NCBI GenBank assembly: GCA_000965745.1
Contig: CP009479.1
Span: 96,001-160,000 of the forward strand
Origin: an uncultured archaeon
GTDB lineage: Archaea; Thermoplasmatota; Thermoplasmata; Thermoplasmatales; Thermoplasmataceae
Length of the DNA: 64,000 bases
Direction: 5' to 3'
Shown in pieces: positions 60,171 through 64,000 of the stretch. The position numbers were made by a program, and so were the translations under genes. Positions within the stretch are counted from its first letter, which is position 1, and every line of letters starts with the position of its first letter. The notes under the pieces were generated by a model. That model was given only the letters and a program-made list of their open reading frames with translations. It made no database searches and was not told the DNA's origin.

Positions 60171-61844
60171 TTACTGTTCTGATAGGTCCTCGAGAACAGC
60201 TCCTCTTGAAGCAGAGGTAACGAGCCTGGCATACTGGGCGAGGAGTCCCTTCCTGTGCTTGGGAGGCGGGGCTTTCCAGTCTGCAAGCCTTCTGTTTATT
60301 TCCTCTTCAGCAAGGTGAAGGTCGATCTTCCCGGTTGCTATATCAATTGTTATCATGTCGCCTTCCTTGACGATAGCCATGGGTCCGCCGACATATGCTT
60401 CCGGTGCCACATGCCCAACCATCATTCCTCTTGTGGCGCCTGAAAATCTTCCGTCGGTCACAAGTGCAACCGACTCTCCGAGGTCCTGGCCCACTATAGC
60501 TGCCGTGACTGCAAGCATCTCCCTCATTCCGGGCCCGCCCTTCGGCCCCTCGTACCTTATCACTACAACGTCCCCGCTCTTGATCTTCCTGTCGAGCACT
60601 GCCTGGAATGCTCCGTCCTCTGAATCAAAGACCTTCGCTGGACCGGTGTGCTTCTTTATCTTTGAGGCTGAACTCTTCAGGACACACCCCTCAGGCGCAA
60701 GCGATCCTTTCAGTATGCTTATGCCTCCTGTAGGCTGGTATGCAGAATCCATGTTCTTCACCACCTTTTCAGAGACCGCTGCCACTCTTACATCTGAGAG
60801 GTTCTGTGCAACAGTCTTTCCAGATACCGTGATGCTGTCGCCGTTCAGCAGGCCGGCATCAAGGAGTTTCTTCATTATTATCGGGACTCCGCCAACCCTG
60901 TTCAGGTCCGCCATTACGTATTCCCCTCCGGGTTTCATATTTACAATCTCTGGTATGCGCCTGCTTATTCTTTCAAAATCTTCGATTTCAAGCCTGACCC
61001 CTGCTTCATGTGCTATGCCAAGAAGGTGAAGGACGGCGTTTGTTGAACCGCCTGATGCCATGAGAAGGGCTATTGCGTTCTCAAAGGATTCGAACCCGAG
61101 GATATCCCTTGGCTTTAGGTCCGTTTCCAGCAGGTGCATGAGGGTCTCGCCAGTCTTGTGCGCGTATATGGACTTCTGCCCGTCAACAGCAGGAGGCGAT
61201 GCGCTTCCCGGAAGTGCAAGGCCGAGCGCTTCAGTCATCATTGCCATCGTGTTTGCAGTGTAGAGGCCGCCACATGCTCCGGACGTGGGTATAGCCTTAT
61301 CCTCCATGAGCTTCAGGTCTTCTATGCTCATCTTTGATGCGCTGAATGCGCCAACTGCTTCGTAGACATCCCCGATTGCTATGTCCTTCTCGAAGAAGGT
61401 CCCCGGAAGTGTTGTTCCTGCGTACATGACAACGGATGGTATGTTCATCCTGGCCATTGCCATCATCATTCCCGGATTTGTCTTGTCGCAGCCTGAGAGG
61501 GCTGCGAAGCCATCGTATCCATGGGCATTGACAGTCATCTCCACAGTATTGGCAACCATCTCCCTGCTTACGAGAGAGTATTTCATTCCTTCCGTTCCCA
61601 TGGCTATTCCATCTATAACAACGGGGGCGGTGAATGTCCTTGGGGTTCCCCCTGCAGATTCTATCCCTGCTTTTGTGTGCTGTGAAAGTGAAAGTGCATG
61701 TATGTTGCAGGGACCCGCCTCGTTCCAGGCAACAGCTATGCCGACAATGGGCTTTTCCAGGTCATTGTCGGATAATCCCATAGCCTTCATGAAAGCACGG
61801 TTAGGCGCACGTTCAGGTCCGCCGTAAACAACCTTAGATCTCAT
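60171..61844 (-). CDS. ilvD: Dihydroxy-acid dehydratase
   Basis: [65 protein letters not shown] position favours the start at 61844 (alternative 61862). Confidence 0.96.
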   Translation of the reverse strand: MRSKVVYGGPERAPNRAFMKAMGLSDNDLEKPIVGIAVAWNEAGPCNIHALSLSQHTKAGIESAGGTPRTFTAPVVIDGIAMGTEGMKYSLVSREMVANTVEMTVNAHGYDGFAALSGCDKTNPGMMMAMARMNIPSVVMYAGTTLPGTFFEKDIAIGDVYEAVGAFSASKMSIEDLKLMEDKAIPTSGACGGLYTANTMAMMTEALGLALPGSASPPAVDGQKSIYAHKTGETLMHLLETDLKPRDILGFESFENAIALLMASGGSTNAVLHLLGIAHEAGVRLEIEDFERISRRIPEIVNMKPGGEYVMADLNRVGGVPIIMKKLLDAGLLNGDSITVSGKTVAQNLSDVRVAAVSEKVVKNMDSAYQPTGGISILKGSLAPEGCVLKSSASKIKKHTGPAKVFDSEDGAFQAVLDRKIKSGDVVVIRYEGPKGGPGMREMLAVTAAIVGQDLGESVALVTDGRFSGATRGMMVGHVAPEAYVGGPMAIVKEGDMITIDIATGKIDLHLAEEEINRRLADWKAPPPKHRKGLLAQYARLVTSASRGAVLEDLSEQ

Positions 61845-62092
61845 ATACCCGTATCCTTCCATTATTTTATAATGACGTGTTATTGATGATCATTCCGCAG
61901 TTAGCGGAGGGCTGTTGATGCGGAGAAGGCTTGGAACCGCCAGGGCTGATCCTTTTTTTGCGGAGATACAAAGATTTAAATCTTCTGTTATGGAATACAG
62001 GTCTGCAATATTGCCTGGTACAGTTATGGTCTGATCATACAGTACAGTTTCAAGCCAGCAGGTCTTGCAACAAAAGGGGGTTTCTTGAGGAT

Positions 62093-63658
62093 ATGGGCAC
62101 TTTTTCGTATGAACTTAGAAGGACTCTGTCCAGTAAGACTGTCATTATTCTAACTGCTGCAGTTATAGCTATTTCAGTTTTTTCAGCCATAAATACCGCG
62201 ACCAGTTCTCCAGGCCCCATCGGATTCAACAACAGTGTTGCTTATGGATACGGCTCAAACGGCAGCTACAGCATTGTAGTTTATATCCACAACGGATTTG
62301 GCCAGCCGATACAGGGTTCCAGGGTGATCGTCGGCCTGGGTAACAGTTCCACACTGACGGGGACATCTGATGCGATGGGCTATGCAAATTTCACGCTTTC
62401 AGGCGTCAACAGCACTGTGATAGAAAACCCGTCAAACTCCACCCAATGGGGCTTGCCGTTCAATTATACGACAAGCCGGGGAATGGTCAATTTCGGGATG
62501 CTGGATATGTACAGCAACTATTCCAATCCCTATTTCTTCAGTATCAGTTACTCGTACAAATTGCCCAATGGAACCCTGTACAATAAATCTCAGGATATAT
62601 CCAGGTACAGCATGAATTCCGTCAGCGTTCCCAACCAGCCTACTAAGTCCGCTCTGGATGTACTTTACGAAGGAGATGTCAGCCAGGGGTCACCGGAGGT
62701 TCTCTTGTATGTGATGCCCGTGAACGGAACTATTGAGCAGAACGGATACTCTGTCGGCTATTCCGCTCTCAACATCTCAGAGCAGAATATGACCTACTTT
62801 GGCACATACAGAAGCTTTTCCCATGTTGAGCTGAATCCGAAGAACCTTACAGGATCCAACGTAAACTACTACGTTTTTGCACTTTTCACCCCCTCTGGAA
62901 AACTTCTAACATCATTGGGGTTGGCCATAAACACACCCGAACAGGGAAACCAGGTAAGTGAAGCGTTCTACGGAACCCAGATGTCCATCATGGGGCTGTT
63001 CATTCCACTGATCGCGGCGGTATCGGCTTACGCAACCTATGGAAAGGATAAGACCCTAGGGGTTCTGGAATCAGTCCTGGCACGGCCGGTATCGAGAAAA
63101 GGCCTGATCCTGTCCAGATACCTTGCAAACCTGTCAGCGGTATTTGCAGCAACCTTTGTGGCGTTCCTGGTTTCGTCTCTTGTTTATGGAATTTATCTTG
63201 GAAACAGGATACCGGCAGATACTTTCCTTTCAGGATTATGGTCACTGTTTGCCGCAAGTGCTGCATACATAGGCCTGGTATACATGGCTTCGAATTTTAC
63301 CAAATCCAGCGGGGCGCTCCTTGGATTTGCAATCGGGATTTTCATTGTGTTTGATTTCCTATGGACATTTGCTGGAGCAGACCTCATTCCGTTTCTGATC
63401 ACTTCGTTGTTGCTGCATATACCTTCAGGGAGCCTGCAGTATGTCCAGTCGTTCGTGGACTTGTATTACATATCCCCGGCTGGCCTTCCGAACATAACCA
63501 GCCTTATTATCACCGGTTCTGCCTACTCCACGATTTATGCCAGGAGCTCAGAATTTGTGCAGGTAGGCCTCACCTACTTCAATGTCATACTCATAGGTAT
63601 CCTTTGGAGCGTGGTTCCACTTGTACTGAGCGTCATAGCCTTCGTGAAGAGAGGGTGA
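62093..63658 (+). CDS. ABC-2 type exporter permease with large extracellular domain
   Basis: YELRRTL N-terminus, one TM, Asn/Ser-rich ectodomain, GKDKTLGVLESVLARPVSRKGLILSRY, further TM helices. Confidence 0.88.
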   Translation: MGTFSYELRRTLSSKTVIILTAAVIAISVFSAINTATSSPGPIGFNNSVAYGYGSNGSYSIVVYIHNGFGQPIQGSRVIVGLGNSSTLTGTSDAMGYANFTLSGVNSTVIENPSNSTQWGLPFNYTTSRGMVNFGMLDMYSNYSNPYFFSISYSYKLPNGTLYNKSQDISRYSMNSVSVPNQPTKSALDVLYEGDVSQGSPEVLLYVMPVNGTIEQNGYSVGYSALNISEQNMTYFGTYRSFSHVELNPKNLTGSNVNYYVFALFTPSGKLLTSLGLAINTPEQGNQVSEAFYGTQMSIMGLFIPLIAAVSAYATYGKDKTLGVLESVLARPVSRKGLILSRYLANLSAVFAATFVAFLVSSLVYGIYLGNRIPADTFLSGLWSLFAASAAYIGLVYMASNFTKSSGALLGFAIGIFIVFDFLWTFAGADLIPFLITSLLLHIPSGSLQYVQSFVDLYYISPAGLPNITSLIITGSAYSTIYARSSEFVQVGLTYFNVILIGILWSVVPLVLSVIAFVKRG

Positions 63659-63780
63659 GTGTATGTTAATATTTTCCATACATGCAATGACTGAACAATG
63701 GGAACGACATAGCAATTAACCACCAAATATTACATTCTTGCTACCTATTTTGCCTCCGTAAGAACATTTAAATTTTATGA

Positions 63781-64000
63781 ATGGGAATACCTACTGTGAT
63801 AGAGGTAGAAGATTTTACTAAGACCTTCGGCAGGAATGATGAGCCTGCTGTAAAGAGCATAAGTTTTGAGGTCCAGAATGGCGAGATACTCGGACTCGCC
63901 GGGTTGAACGGTGCAGGAAAAACTACTACAATTCGCGCCATTAGTGGCATAATCCTACCATCAACGGGAACAATAACTGTTGACGGGCACAACATAGTAA
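63781..64000 (+). CDS. ABC transporter ATP-binding protein (5' part, runs off the window)
   Basis: IEVEDFTKTF...AVKSISFEVQNGEILGLAGLNGAGKTTT. Confidence 0.9.
   Translation, partial: MGIPTVIEVEDFTKTFGRNDEPAVKSISFEVQNGEILGLAGLNGAGKTTTIRAISGIILPSTGTITVDGHNIV

Noticed and set aside
61883-61962. Structured-looking region upstream of ilvD with AACCGC...GCTGAT, reminiscent of a fluoride riboswitch or box C/D RNA
   Set aside because: Lacks the GATGR/pseudoknot pairing and the GAC...TAC 3' element of the crcB motif, and no convincing guide; only a weak GU-rich hairpin remains.
1-64000. CRISPR arrays, rRNA, tandem DNA repeats, intact IS or provirus
   Set aside because: No regularly spaced direct repeats, rRNA signatures, transposase, integrase or capsid genes were seen; the only repeats are protein-level units in the two surface genes.

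Overview
Chromosomal segment of a Thermoplasmatales-type archaeon. The assignment rests on a bacterial-type ThrRS, an HU-like HTa, a Kae1-Bud32 fusion, aIF2-gamma/S6e, archaeal DnaG and many apparently leaderless genes with TATA boxes. It has three zones. (1) About 1-9.3 kb: a catabolic-looking enzyme cluster (iorA end, iorB, class I aminotransferase, UbiD-family decarboxylase, MHS-type MFS transporter, BBE-type FAD oxidase, LLM oxidoreductase, D-threonine-aldolase-family PLP enzyme). (2) About 9.5-25.2 kb: an accessory surface/membrane region with a 1371-aa repeat/beta-propeller surface protein, an S53 protease gene interrupted by one in-frame TAG, several decayed small membrane genes, and a set of unannotated small genes: two divergent paralogues flanking an AbrB-like regulator with a palindromic promoter, an orphan diheme cytochrome b, and a PHD-like zinc-finger microprotein. 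(3) About 25.3-64 kb: mostly conserved core genes (tpiA, tRNA-Gly, hutH, thrS, fixCXAB, eif2g, rps6e, kae1-bud32, speE, HTa, dnaG, protease-less Lon ATPase, M61 peptidase, Tfx/wtpABC, rlmE, gcvH, aroD, PiT, ilvD, ABC-2 exporter). No CRISPR array, rRNA or intact mobile element was seen. Best candidates for new biology: the paralogue-AbrB-paralogue module, the circularly permuted PHD-like microprotein, the protease-less Lon AAA+ with a penultimate-Tyr tail, the amber-split S53 protease and the UbiD catabolic cluster. All family calls come from reading motifs by eye; no database search was run.
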